Of a stretch of DNA of 64,000 bases, positions 45,978 to 54,926 are shown piece by piece. Under the pieces are notes generated by a model. The model did no database searches. It was not told the origin of the DNA and worked only from the letters and a program-made list of their open reading frames with translations. Numbering within the stretch: position 1 is the first letter of the stretch; each line of letters begins with the position of its first letter. Made by a program: the position numbers and the translations under genes. Origin of the DNA: an uncultured Rubrivirga sp. (GTDB lineage: Bacteria > Actinomycetota > Actinomycetes > S36-B12); the NCBI GenBank assembly GCA_964595675.1, contig CAZQRR010000002.1:8246-72245 (forward strand). Direction: 5' to 3'.

Positions 45978-46125
45978 GACTCCTCCGATGCTCTCAGTGA
46001 GGTGATCTGAGAATGTCCAGAACAGGAGTGCAACCCTGAGTACTCACACCTATTCGAACCGGTAACGGCTAGGACTATATAAATTCCGTTAGCACTCAGA
46101 GTCCATTCTGACGAATCCGCCCCGG

Positions 46126-46632
46126 ATGGAGGCCCCGATGTCCGTCGTGACGATTCCCGATGCTCAGTTGACCCGCGAGGAAATCATTCAGCGAAACCTC
46201 GAAGTCGTGGAGGCCCACTTCCACAACGAAACTCCTGACAAGGTCCACGAGGCCGTGGCTCTCTACACTGACGACATCGTGTGGGAGGGGCCTGCCCGAG
46301 GCCTCGTGTTCCTCAATGCCGAGGATGCGCTTGCTGGATACCACGACATCTTCTCGTCTCTCCGGATCCTGAGCCACACGCATCTCCGACGCTTCGCCAC
46401 GGAGGATGTCGTATTCGACGACTGCATCTACGAGTGCGAGTACGTCGAGGATCACATGGAGAACTTCCCATTCCCCGCTGGCACGAAGGTTCGTATGCGG
46501 CTTGCCCACATCTTCGAGATGCGGGATGGCAAGATCGCCAAGGAAATCGCCTACGAGATCATCCGGCGCGTGGGCGACCCCAATGATCGGGACTTCATCC
46601 CCGAGGGTTCTCCCGTCACGGTTTTCGAATAG
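46126..46632 (+). CDS. SnoaL-like / NTF2-fold protein
   Basis: 168 aa with NLEVVEAHFHNE...YTDDIVWE...IFEMRDGKIAKE, the pattern typical of SnoaL-type cyclase/isomerase folds. The start may be ATG 46138. Confidence 0.55.
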   Translation: MEAPMSVVTIPDAQLTREEIIQRNLEVVEAHFHNETPDKVHEAVALYTDDIVWEGPARGLVFLNAEDALAGYHDIFSSLRILSHTHLRRFATEDVVFDDCIYECEYVEDHMENFPFPAGTKVRMRLAHIFEMRDGKIAKEIAYEIIRRVGDPNDRDFIPEGSPVTVFE

Positions 46633-46650
46633 AGAGTTGAGAAGGATCCA

Positions 46651-47463
46651 ATGAAATTGGTCGCCTACCTTCGTGAGGGCCTCCCTGCAGTGGGGGTGGT
46701 GGAGTTCGGAACTGTCTTTCCCATCGCGCCCCGAGATGAATTCTTCGAAGACGCCGACTATTGGCTCGCGCAACCCCGGAACACCGATTCCGGAACTTCC
46801 GTGCAGGACGTCATCCAGATCCCAGCGGTGCGCAGTGACTGCAACGTCGTATGCGTTGGCCTGAACTACCGAGATCATGCCGACGAGTCGGGCTTGGATG
46901 TCCCCACGAGTCCTTCGATCTTCGCTCGTTGGGTTTCTACGCTGAGTGTCGACGGAAGTCCGGTAGCCGTTCCTCCGTGTGAGGAGGGCTTGGACTGGGA
47001 AGTAGAACTCGCAGTGATCATCGGCAAGCAGCTCGACCGACATTCGGGGCCGGCTCAGCCCAGCGACATCCTCGGCTACTCCGTGTTCAATGACATAAGT
47101 GCGCGCGGCCGTCAGTTTGACACCTCCCAGTGGTCCCTCGGCAAGAACGTGGACTCCTCCGGACCACTCGGTCCTGTCCTCGTGACTGCCGACGAGTTCA
47201 TTGGGTGGCCTCTGTTGAATCTCCAACTGCGCGTCAACGGACAGGTCAGGCAGACCGGAAACACCGGGGAGATGATCCATTCCATCCCTGACTTGATCGC
47301 CTACGTGACGCAGACCCTCACCCTCCGACCTGGGGACCTGATTGCAACGGGGACGCCATCCGGAGTGGGATTCAAGTGCGATCCGCCGATTCTGCTGCAC
47401 CCAGGTGATGTCGTGGAGGCAGAAATCGAATCGATCGGCGTCTTGCGTACACCGATCATCTAG
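46651..47463 (+). CDS. Fumarylacetoacetate hydrolase (FAH)-family protein
   Basis: 270 aa with VCVGLNYRDHADESG...WEVELAVIIG...DISAR...PGDLIATGTPSGVG. Confidence 0.8.
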   Translation: MKLVAYLREGLPAVGVVEFGTVFPIAPRDEFFEDADYWLAQPRNTDSGTSVQDVIQIPAVRSDCNVVCVGLNYRDHADESGLDVPTSPSIFARWVSTLSVDGSPVAVPPCEEGLDWEVELAVIIGKQLDRHSGPAQPSDILGYSVFNDISARGRQFDTSQWSLGKNVDSSGPLGPVLVTADEFIGWPLLNLQLRVNGQVRQTGNTGEMIHSIPDLIAYVTQTLTLRPGDLIATGTPSGVGFKCDPPILLHPGDVVEAEIESIGVLRTPII

Positions 47464-49181
47464 TTAGTTTGCAGCCCCGACTGCTTGGCTTTGCTGTGTG
47501 TGCGGAGGGCTCCCACGTTCGAGCGCGTCGAGCGCTGCGATCCGGCCGAAGACCATAGCCGGTGCGATGGTCGCACCGGGCCCTGGATAGGTGTGACCCA
47601 TGACCGAGGCCGACGAGGTGCCGCAGGCATATAAGCCTCGGATCGCAGCGTTTGCGTTCGTCAAGACTCTGCCCCTGTCATCCGTCACCAGTCCGCCCGC
47701 GGTTCCGACATCCCCCGGGTAGACCTTGACCGCATAGAACGGTGCTTTCTCCACTGTCCCGAGGCACGGGTTAGGTCGGACTCTCGGATCCCCGTACCAC
47801 CGATCGTAGGCACGCTCCCCTTTACCGAAGTCCTCGTCTTTCCCTCGAGCCGCGAAGTAGTTGAATCGATCGACTGTTGACTGGAGTCGCTCAGGATCCA
47901 GACCGATACGGCGCGCAAGCTCTTCGAGTGAGTCCGCCTTGACGAAGTAGCCGGTGTCCAACCACTCCTTCGGCGTATGGAGCGGAAGGTGCGTACCCCA
48001 TGAGTAGCGGGCTCGGTGCTGGGCATCCATGATGAACCAGCTCGGGATGCAGTCGACCTCCCTATGGTGTTGGTACATCTCCTGCCCCGTGCGGGAGTAC
48101 GACTGGGCCTCGTTGAAATACCGCTGGGCATGTGCATCCACGATCAAGCAGTGCGGCTTCGCGCGCTCGGAGATCAAGAACTGCGGGCGACCGTCCGGCA
48201 ATATCGTGGACGGCATCCACCAGGCGTCATCGAGCGCTTCCGTCATCGCCCCTAATCGCATGGCGATTTGGAGCGCATCTCCTGTGTCGCCTTCGGGGAC
48301 GGAGGTCCATTCGGTGGAGACTGGCCCCTGCTGGAAGCTCCGCCTCAAGTCGATGTTCTTGGCGAAGCCCCCTGCTGCTAGGACCACACCGCAGCGGGCC
48401 TTGATTCGGACGGTGCGCCCTTGATGGTGGACGACCACGCCTACAGCCCCACCGTCCACAATCACGATGTCCTGCAGTGTCGCTTCCATCCATACCTCGC
48501 CACCGCGGGCGAGGTAGGACTTCAGCATTGAGGTGACCAGAGCCCTTCCGGCGGCCGCCGGTCGCCGCCCCACCAGCCGCCAACCCACACTGCGGGCCAC
48601 AACGCGAAACCCAGTCACCAGGGAAGCCCAGGTGCGTCCGACGCGGGATAGGTCGGGTACGTCAGCGGCCTGGATCGCCAAGCGCATGACGCCACTTTGG
48701 CGTGGAAGCCGGGAGCGCCATGATCCCAGCGCCCGCTCATCGACGATTCGCGGCTCGACCGCTCGACCGAGCGGGACCCCGCCCGGCTGATCATCCTCAT
48801 AGTCGGAGTACCCGAAGCACATTTGGAGTGGTACCCCTTCGCTCGCGACGAAGTCCAGAGTTTCCGGACCTCGACGTAGGAATGCTCGAATACGTGACTC
48901 GCTCGTGGCTAGTCCAGAGGTCTTGATCAACGAGCGCATGTACGTGTAGCCCGATTCCTCATCGTCGGGTACCCCGTGCTCCCGCATGAATCGGTTGTTC
49001 GGGACCCAGATGACCCCCCGGAGACGACGCTGGCTCCGCCCACCGTCGAGTTCTTCTCGATGACGAGCGACCTTCGGCCGGCGGCATTGACGGACAGACC
49101 AGCACAAAGGCCCCCGGCACCACTCCCGACGATGAGGACGTCCGTCTCGAAGTCCCATACTTCAAAGCTCGTATCCGTCAC
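47464..49181 (-). pseudogene. FAD-dependent oxidoreductase (3-ketosteroid-delta1-dehydrogenase / fumarate-reductase flavoprotein-like) carrying a 1-nt frameshift
   Basis: The N-terminus (49181..., DVLIVGSGAGGLCAGL...EKNSTVGGASVVSGG) is in one frame. The remainder (GVIWVPNN... to the stop at 47464) is in another. The switch falls in a C6 run at 49014-49019, and one extra base would restore ...SGGVIWVPNN. Confidence 0.7.
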
Positions 49182-49232
49182 TTCGTGTCGCTCCTCCCCG
49201 CCACCGGTGGGGTTTCCTCAGTGCCACCGGCA

Positions 49233-50105
49233 CTATCCCATGCGCCTGCGGATCTCGTCGAGGTTGTAGATCGAGGACTCGCGAGCCCTCTCCTCCCAGG
49301 CGAAGATGCACACCGTCATGACGCCGTCGAACTTCAGTCGTGTCAAGGTCCCGAAGAAGGTGTCCCAGTCGACCTCACCCTGGCCGATGTCCAGATGCTG
49401 GTGGATCCGAGGAGGCGTCACACCGACCGGAACTCCGCCTCCTGCACCGATGTTGACGATGTAGCGCAAGCCAGAAGACCCTCGGAAGTCGAAACTGTCG
49501 GCAACGTGCACGTGCGTCAGCAGGTCTCCTGCGTACTCCATGATCCCAGCGATATCCCCGCCCATATAGAAGGTGTGCGGGGCGCAATAACTGAACGACA
49601 CAAGGGGGTGGTTGATCCCACGGATCATGTCCACGGCGGCGAACCCGTCCTCGATGAAGTCGTTTGGGTGAGGTTCGATAACGAGCCGAATCCCCTCGCG
49701 TTCGAAGTCGGGTAGCAGGTCCTCCATGGAGCGCCAGAACAGCGCCTCGCACTCGGCCGGAGTGGCCGGACCGCCGTTGAACTCCGAGAGCATCTCCGGC
49801 ACCCCGAGCTCAGCAGCGATCTGGATCGATCGACGCCAATACCGAACGGCCGCCTGGCGGGCATCCTCTCCCGGACCGGCCCACCGGAAGAGAGGCAGGA
49901 GCGTGGCCACCTCAACTTCAGCGGCCGCGAGGGCCGACTTGAATGCTCGAATATCCGAGGAATTCGCCCGCGGGTGCTTGTAGAAGGGGATGAAATCCTC
50001 ACGCGGGGAGAGTTCTATCGCCTGGTATCCGAGGTCCGCTACCAAGCCGGGCAATTCGGTCAAGGGCGTGGAGCGGAACATGTACGGATCCAGAGCGATC
50101 TTCAT
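49233..50105 (-). CDS. Sugar phosphate isomerase/epimerase-family TIM-barrel protein
   Basis: ATG 50105 (MKIALDPYMF...) behind GGGAGG. Xylose-isomerase-like TIM pattern (...IEPHPND...HVHVAD). Confidence 0.7.
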   Translation of the reverse strand: MKIALDPYMFRSTPLTELPGLVADLGYQAIELSPREDFIPFYKHPRANSSDIRAFKSALAAAEVEVATLLPLFRWAGPGEDARQAAVRYWRRSIQIAAELGVPEMLSEFNGGPATPAECEALFWRSMEDLLPDFEREGIRLVIEPHPNDFIEDGFAAVDMIRGINHPLVSFSYCAPHTFYMGGDIAGIMEYAGDLLTHVHVADSFDFRGSSGLRYIVNIGAGGGVPVGVTPPRIHQHLDIGQGEVDWDTFFGTLTRLKFDGVMTVCIFAWEERARESSIYNLDEIRRRMG

Positions 50106-50138
50106 CGGACCTCCCGAGTTATCGCACATCTATGAAAA

Positions 50139-50150
50139 TTGCTGACAATC
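50139..50150. promoter_or_regulatory. Near-palindrome ATTGCTGACAAT (operator-like) in a divergent gap
   Basis: It has one mismatch from ATTGTCGACAAT. It lies in the 110-bp gap between the TIM-barrel (-) and dehydrogenase (+) genes. CTATAG boxes are at 50173-78 and 50196-201. Confidence 0.4.
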
Positions 50151-50215
50151 TACACTCAACCCTCGTTTGTGGCTATAGTCCGATCGATTCAGGAACTATA
50201 GGGAGGAGTGACAGC

Positions 50216-51211
50216 ATGGCGGTCGCGGTTCCCTTGCAGACTGCCCTCGCCTCGACCGCGACGCTCTTCGGCGAAGTCGGCCTCGATCTTGGCCTGGCAC
50301 CCGGACTTCGCATCCACCCGATTCCCGCGAACGGGCGCATCGATGACCGAGTGCGCGATCTAGCGGATTCCTTCGCCGTGGTGGCCGGAGCCGAGCCCTA
50401 TCCGGGTGAACTTCTCGAACGGCTCCCTGGGCTGTGCCTGATCGCCCGATCCGGGGTCGGATTCGACCAGATCGACCTCGAGGCCGCCTCCGACCTGGGC
50501 ATTCACGTCACCACCACACCCGGGATGAACGCCCAGGGAGTCGCCGAGCACGTGGTCACCTTGTTGCTGCACCTCACCCATCGTGTGGCTCACTACAACG
50601 CCCGGGTGCGGAACGGTGAATGGCGCGATGGGGAATTCTTCGACGAGATTCAGGGCATGACCGTGGGAATCATCGGTCTGGGGCGCATCGGTCGCGCGAC
50701 GGCGAATTTGCTGAACGCCTTTGGCGCACAGGTGCTCGCCTACGACGTCGGACCGATCCAGGATCCCCCAGACCACGTCACGGTCGTCTCGAGCATCGCC
50801 GACCTCCTGCCGCGGTGTCAGGCGATCTCCATACACACACCCTTGCTGGACTCGACGCGAGGCCTCATCGGCGGGGACGAACTCGCCCTGCTCCCTCGGG
50901 GCGCGTACCTGGTAAACAGCGCACGCGGAGGGGTGGTCGACGAGAAAGCATTGGCCTCAGCGCTCCGCACGGGCCACATTGCCGGTGCCGGTCTCGATGT
51001 ACTCGCCCAAGAGCCACCTGCGTCGGATAACCCGCTGCTCGCGATCGAAACGTGCGTCTTCTCCCCGCATTCGGCATCTCTCGGCGCCCGCACGATTGAG
51101 CGGATGACGCGCATGATCGCCACGCAATTGAATTCCGTCGCAGATGGCTCCACCCCTGCAGGATTGGTCAACGCGCCCGTGCGACCCCGCTTTCCGATCC
51201 TGATCGAGTAA
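50216..51211 (+). CDS. D-isomer-specific 2-hydroxyacid dehydrogenase family protein
   Basis: ATG 50216 behind GGGAGGAG. GIIGLGRIGRATANL, NSARGGVVDE, FSPHSAS. The ORF-track start at 50132 is rejected. Confidence 0.8.
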   Translation: MAVAVPLQTALASTATLFGEVGLDLGLAPGLRIHPIPANGRIDDRVRDLADSFAVVAGAEPYPGELLERLPGLCLIARSGVGFDQIDLEAASDLGIHVTTTPGMNAQGVAEHVVTLLLHLTHRVAHYNARVRNGEWRDGEFFDEIQGMTVGIIGLGRIGRATANLLNAFGAQVLAYDVGPIQDPPDHVTVVSSIADLLPRCQAISIHTPLLDSTRGLIGGDELALLPRGAYLVNSARGGVVDEKALASALRTGHIAGAGLDVLAQEPPASDNPLLAIETCVFSPHSASLGARTIERMTRMIATQLNSVADGSTPAGLVNAPVRPRFPILIE

Positions 51212-51218
51212 CTGTCGC

Positions 51219-52034
51219 ATGCGTTTTTCCCTCAACCACAGCATCGCGCCATCAATGCCGATTCCCGATTTCCTTGCGCTTGCCGGCGATGTCGGTGTTG
51301 ACGCAGTGGAGCTCCGTGACGGGATGCCCCCTGGATGGGACTTTCCGGACACCTCCAATGTCTTGACCCATGACCCGCAGAGCATCGCCCGTCTTGCAGC
51401 GGAGGCGGGCCTCGAGATCCTGTCCATCAACGCACTCCAGAGATTCGACCAGTGGGACAGGGAGCGCACACGGCAGGCGCGCACGATGATCGAGTTCGCC
51501 GCCGCTGCCGGGATCGGTGCGGTTGTCCTGTGCCCGAGCGTGGCACCGGTCGGTTCGCCGGCATTGCCCACCGGACTCCCCGAGGCTCTCGACGGGCTAC
51601 AACCGATCCTCGAAAGCGCGGAAGTGCGCGGCCTCATCGAGCCGCTTGGCTTCGTGCGCTCATCGATTCGGACCCAGGACGTCGTCGAGGCTGAATTCAG
51701 CAGACGAGGCAATCCGAGTTGCCTCGGGATCGTGCACGACACCTTCCACCACGCCATCGCCGGTGACCGGCATTACTCGACGCACACAGCGCTCGTCCAC
51801 TTGTCCGGCGTTCCCGACCTCGGCCTGCCCCTTGAGGAACTCGGCGATGAGCACAGGGTTCTGGTCGGACCCGATGATGTTCTGGGTAATGACGAGCAGG
51901 TGCGTCACCTCGCGTCCATCACCTCGGCGCCCTGGTCATTCGAGCCATTCGCGAGCGAAGTCAGTGAAAGCGCAACCCTCACTAAAGAACTCCAATCGAC
52001 TTTGGCCCACATTCGCGATCAGGTCGCTGACTGA
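51219..52034 (+). CDS. Sugar phosphate isomerase/epimerase-family TIM-barrel protein
   Basis: 271 aa: MRFSLNHSIAP...VDAVELR...IEPLGF...VHDTFHH. Confidence 0.65.
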   Translation: MRFSLNHSIAPSMPIPDFLALAGDVGVDAVELRDGMPPGWDFPDTSNVLTHDPQSIARLAAEAGLEILSINALQRFDQWDRERTRQARTMIEFAAAAGIGAVVLCPSVAPVGSPALPTGLPEALDGLQPILESAEVRGLIEPLGFVRSSIRTQDVVEAEFSRRGNPSCLGIVHDTFHHAIAGDRHYSTHTALVHLSGVPDLGLPLEELGDEHRVLVGPDDVLGNDEQVRHLASITSAPWSFEPFASEVSESATLTKELQSTLAHIRDQVAD

Positions 52035-52035
52035 C

Positions 52036-53994
52036 CTAGGCGAGCGCGAGGGCCGCGGATCGCCCGAGGACCGCCGCCCGCATTCCCTCCAGAGTTGCCG
52101 CATGGATGTTCCGGGGCCGTACTGCATCACCGACGACCAGAACGCGATCGGCCCACTTCTGATCCGTTAGCAGTTGCTCCGCCAATGCGTTCTCGGGCTG
52201 CCGATCACCTACCACCACTACGTCAATGTCTGTGATCATTTCGCGTTCGCCATGGGATTGGAGGCTTATCGTGCCCGCGTCAGCTGCTTCCACGGTCGAC
52301 TCCAGGCGGACGTCGATGCCGTCCGTGTTGTGCACGAGTCGCTCGATCTGTTCGCGTCCCCAACCGGGCTGATCGAGCGCGAGGGCTTCGCTGGGTTCCA
52401 CGAGTGTCACTCGACATCCGGCGCGCGCAAGGTGAACTGCCAGAACGCAGGTAGCCACCGAGCCACCAGCCACAACCACATTCGCTGGGCCGGTCACGTT
52501 CGCGTAGGCATCGAACAGTCCCAGAACTCGGGTTCCCGGACTGTTCCGCAGATGGCCGAGCGGTGCGCTTCGGGCGCCGGTGGCCACCACGATCACCGCA
52601 GGTAACAATCCGACCACCACATCACGGTCGACTTCGGTGTTCAGATGAATGTTGACTCCCAGTTGCTTCAATCTCACCGTGGAGTTGTCCAAGAAACGAC
52701 GGAAATCTCCGTGCACATCCACGGCCAGGGCCATCTGGCCACCGATGACATCGGCACGCTCGAAGAGATGCACTTCGCTGCCGCGCTCGGCGAACTGAAT
52801 GGCCGCCTGGATGCCCGCTGGGCCGCTGCCCACCACAACGACCTGCGAGGGCGCAGAAGTAACCGGTGACTCGTCAATGCGCAGGTACTCACGCGTGGTG
52901 AACGGATTCACGGAGCAATCCGCAACCCGATTGGCTTCGAGTTCATCCACGCAGTGATGACATGCGATGCACGGGATGATGTCTTCAACGCGGCCCGAAC
53001 GTCGCTTCGCAACGTATTCAGGATCCGCGTGGAAGGCTCGACTCATGGACACCATGTCGATGCCCTGATCGAGCACCTCTTCGGCGACCCCAGGCCGTGA
53101 CAATCGCTGCGCCACGCTGACTAAGGCGCGCTCTCCAACGACCGCTTTGATCTTCAGCGCGTGCGCAAGGAATCCGGCATCGGGCGATTCGGACCCTTGC
53201 ATGATCATGTAGTTGCTCTCGTAGAACCCACCGGAAATATCGATCAAGTCCACGCTCGCGTCCGCGAGCATGCCCGCGAACTCCGCAGCCTCGGAGATAC
53301 CCAGACCGTCGGCAACGTACTCATCCGCGGTCATGCGGTAGCCAATGGGAAAATCCTCACCTAACTCAGCACGGAGGGCTTCGACGAGCATGATCGAAAA
53401 ACGCGCCCTGTTCGACAGGGATCCGCCGAAGCCGTCGGTCCTACGGTTGCTGAAAGGAGAGACGAAGGATCCGACCAGATAGCCGTGTGCGCCGTGCACA
53501 TGGGCCATATCGAGCCCAGCGTCCTTCAATCTGCGCCCCGCCGCGCAGAACGCTGCAATGGCCCAGTCGATGTCTTCGGAGGTCATCTCTCGGGGCGTGG
53601 GCATCGGGTGCAGAACCTCGCAAGGCACCACGGAAGGCGCGATGGGCTGCATCCCCGACATGAACGAGGGAGTCTCCCGACCCCCCAGGTATATCTCGAG
53701 GGCGAGGCGGGCACCGTGCTCGTGGACCGCGTCCGCCGCGGCCCGCAAGCCCTCCAGCACAGAATCGTCATGACACCCCACTTGGTAGAGATGCCCCATC
53801 CCGATGGTGTCCACATATGTCGACTCGAGTTGCATCAGCCCAGCTCCGCCCTGAGCGCGGGCGCGCAGATAACCCAGGTAGCGCTGGGTCAGAGTCCCGT
53901 CACGGTTGGCCATCCCCTTTTCCATGGGACCCGTGATGATCCGGTGAGGCAGCTGCATGGCACGGATCGCGATGGGATCGAAGAGTTGTGACAC
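52036..53994 (-). CDS. Old-yellow-enzyme-type NADH:flavin oxidoreductase fused to an FAD/NAD(P)-binding domain (2,4-dienoyl-CoA reductase FadH-like)
   Basis: GTG 53994 behind AGGAGG. OYE N-terminus (LPHRIITGPM...HGAHGYL), a 4Fe-4S motif CIACHHC...C.VNP and two GxGxxG folds (VVGSGPAG, VVAGGSVA). The ORF-track start at 54192 is rejected. Confidence 0.75.
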   Translation of the reverse strand: MSQLFDPIAIRAMQLPHRIITGPMEKGMANRDGTLTQRYLGYLRARAQGGAGLMQLESTYVDTIGMGHLYQVGCHDDSVLEGLRAAADAVHEHGARLALEIYLGGRETPSFMSGMQPIAPSVVPCEVLHPMPTPREMTSEDIDWAIAAFCAAGRRLKDAGLDMAHVHGAHGYLVGSFVSPFSNRRTDGFGGSLSNRARFSIMLVEALRAELGEDFPIGYRMTADEYVADGLGISEAAEFAGMLADASVDLIDISGGFYESNYMIMQGSESPDAGFLAHALKIKAVVGERALVSVAQRLSRPGVAEEVLDQGIDMVSMSRAFHADPEYVAKRRSGRVEDIIPCIACHHCVDELEANRVADCSVNPFTTREYLRIDESPVTSAPSQVVVVGSGPAGIQAAIQFAERGSEVHLFERADVIGGQMALAVDVHGDFRRFLDNSTVRLKQLGVNIHLNTEVDRDVVVGLLPAVIVVATGARSAPLGHLRNSPGTRVLGLFDAYANVTGPANVVVAGGSVATCVLAVHLARAGCRVTLVEPSEALALDQPGWGREQIERLVHNTDGIDVRLESTVEAADAGTISLQSHGEREMITDIDVVVVGDRQPENALAEQLLTDQKWADRVLVVGDAVRPRNIHAATLEGMRAAVLGRSAALALA

Positions 53995-54075
53995 AGGCCC
54001 TCCTGACAGGCATTCCCGTTTACCGGACGCTAGCAGCGAAGTCGATGACGTGGGCACCTGTCTAACATTCGATGC

Positions 54076-54861
54076 ATGCGTGGATCGCAGTCGACCGTCC
54101 AGCGCGCGAAGGGTGAACTCGTCGCGGGCACTGATCCCGCGTGGTTCGGCCATCCGGATCTCGTCGACTCCTGGCGCCGTTGCATCACGCACCTAGGTGA
54201 CCCAGGTGAACTTCGGTCCATTCCCACGGTGCCGGAATCCTGGCTCGACGACGCGCCCTTGGACCTGCTGCGCGAACCCCTCGACGCTCTCGAGGCCTCC
54301 CTCGAGGGGACGGGCGCGGCGATGCTCTTGACCGATGCCCGCGGTCTGGTGCTCGAGCGCTGGTTCAAGGACCACTCTGCGGGACGTCATTTGGATTCGG
54401 TGGGGTCTGACCGCTCCGCTGATCTCAGCGAGGCAAGCGTGGGTACCAATGCGGTGAGTCTGGCCGGGACAGTACGAGGAGCGGTGGGTGTCTGTGGTGC
54501 CGAGCACTTCAGCGAGTTCTTCGCCCACTCGGCATGCGTCGCCGAACCGATACCTGATCCAGTGTCCGGGGAAGTGCTCGCGGTCATCACACTCACCGCA
54601 CCGGTCAACCCGCGTATCGATTTCATGCGCAGTTGGCTGTCCACGATGCGCCTGCACCTCTTGGAGCACCTATCTCAGCGACTCTCGATGCCCAGCAGCC
54701 TTCGCGTGGAGGACACAGAGGAATGGGCACTTCGCCAGGCTCTGTCCGAGGCCAACGGGGATATCGCCCTTACCTGCGAACTACTGGGCCTCTCTCGCGC
54801 CACGGTGTACCGCCGCATGCGTCGCTACCGCCTCCATGAACCGAGGCACGCTCCCGGATAG
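54076..54861 (+). CDS. GAF-like sensor + Fis-type HTH transcriptional regulator (AcoR-like but lacking the AAA+ domain)
   Basis: 261 aa. The N-terminal two-thirds resemble the sensory domain of acetoin/propionate-type activators. The C-terminal HTH is DIALTCELLGLSRATVYRRMRRY. No Walker motifs are present. Confidence 0.6.
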   Translation: MRGSQSTVQRAKGELVAGTDPAWFGHPDLVDSWRRCITHLGDPGELRSIPTVPESWLDDAPLDLLREPLDALEASLEGTGAAMLLTDARGLVLERWFKDHSAGRHLDSVGSDRSADLSEASVGTNAVSLAGTVRGAVGVCGAEHFSEFFAHSACVAEPIPDPVSGEVLAVITLTAPVNPRIDFMRSWLSTMRLHLLEHLSQRLSMPSSLRVEDTEEWALRQALSEANGDIALTCELLGLSRATVYRRMRRYRLHEPRHAPG

Positions 54862-54926
54862 AGCAGTCTCCATTTGAGACTCGAAATGCATTCCGCGGTG
54901 ATGCCACGCCGCGTACCGTCGCCTTC

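Noticed and set aside
46096-47400. 434-aa ORF on the minus strand, the longest unexplained ORF in the track
   Set aside because: It is exactly antisense to the SnoaL-like and FAH-family genes, which have clear family motifs and RBS-preceded starts. Its translation is Arg/Gly/His-rich with no motif. This is a typical shadow ORF of high-GC DNA.
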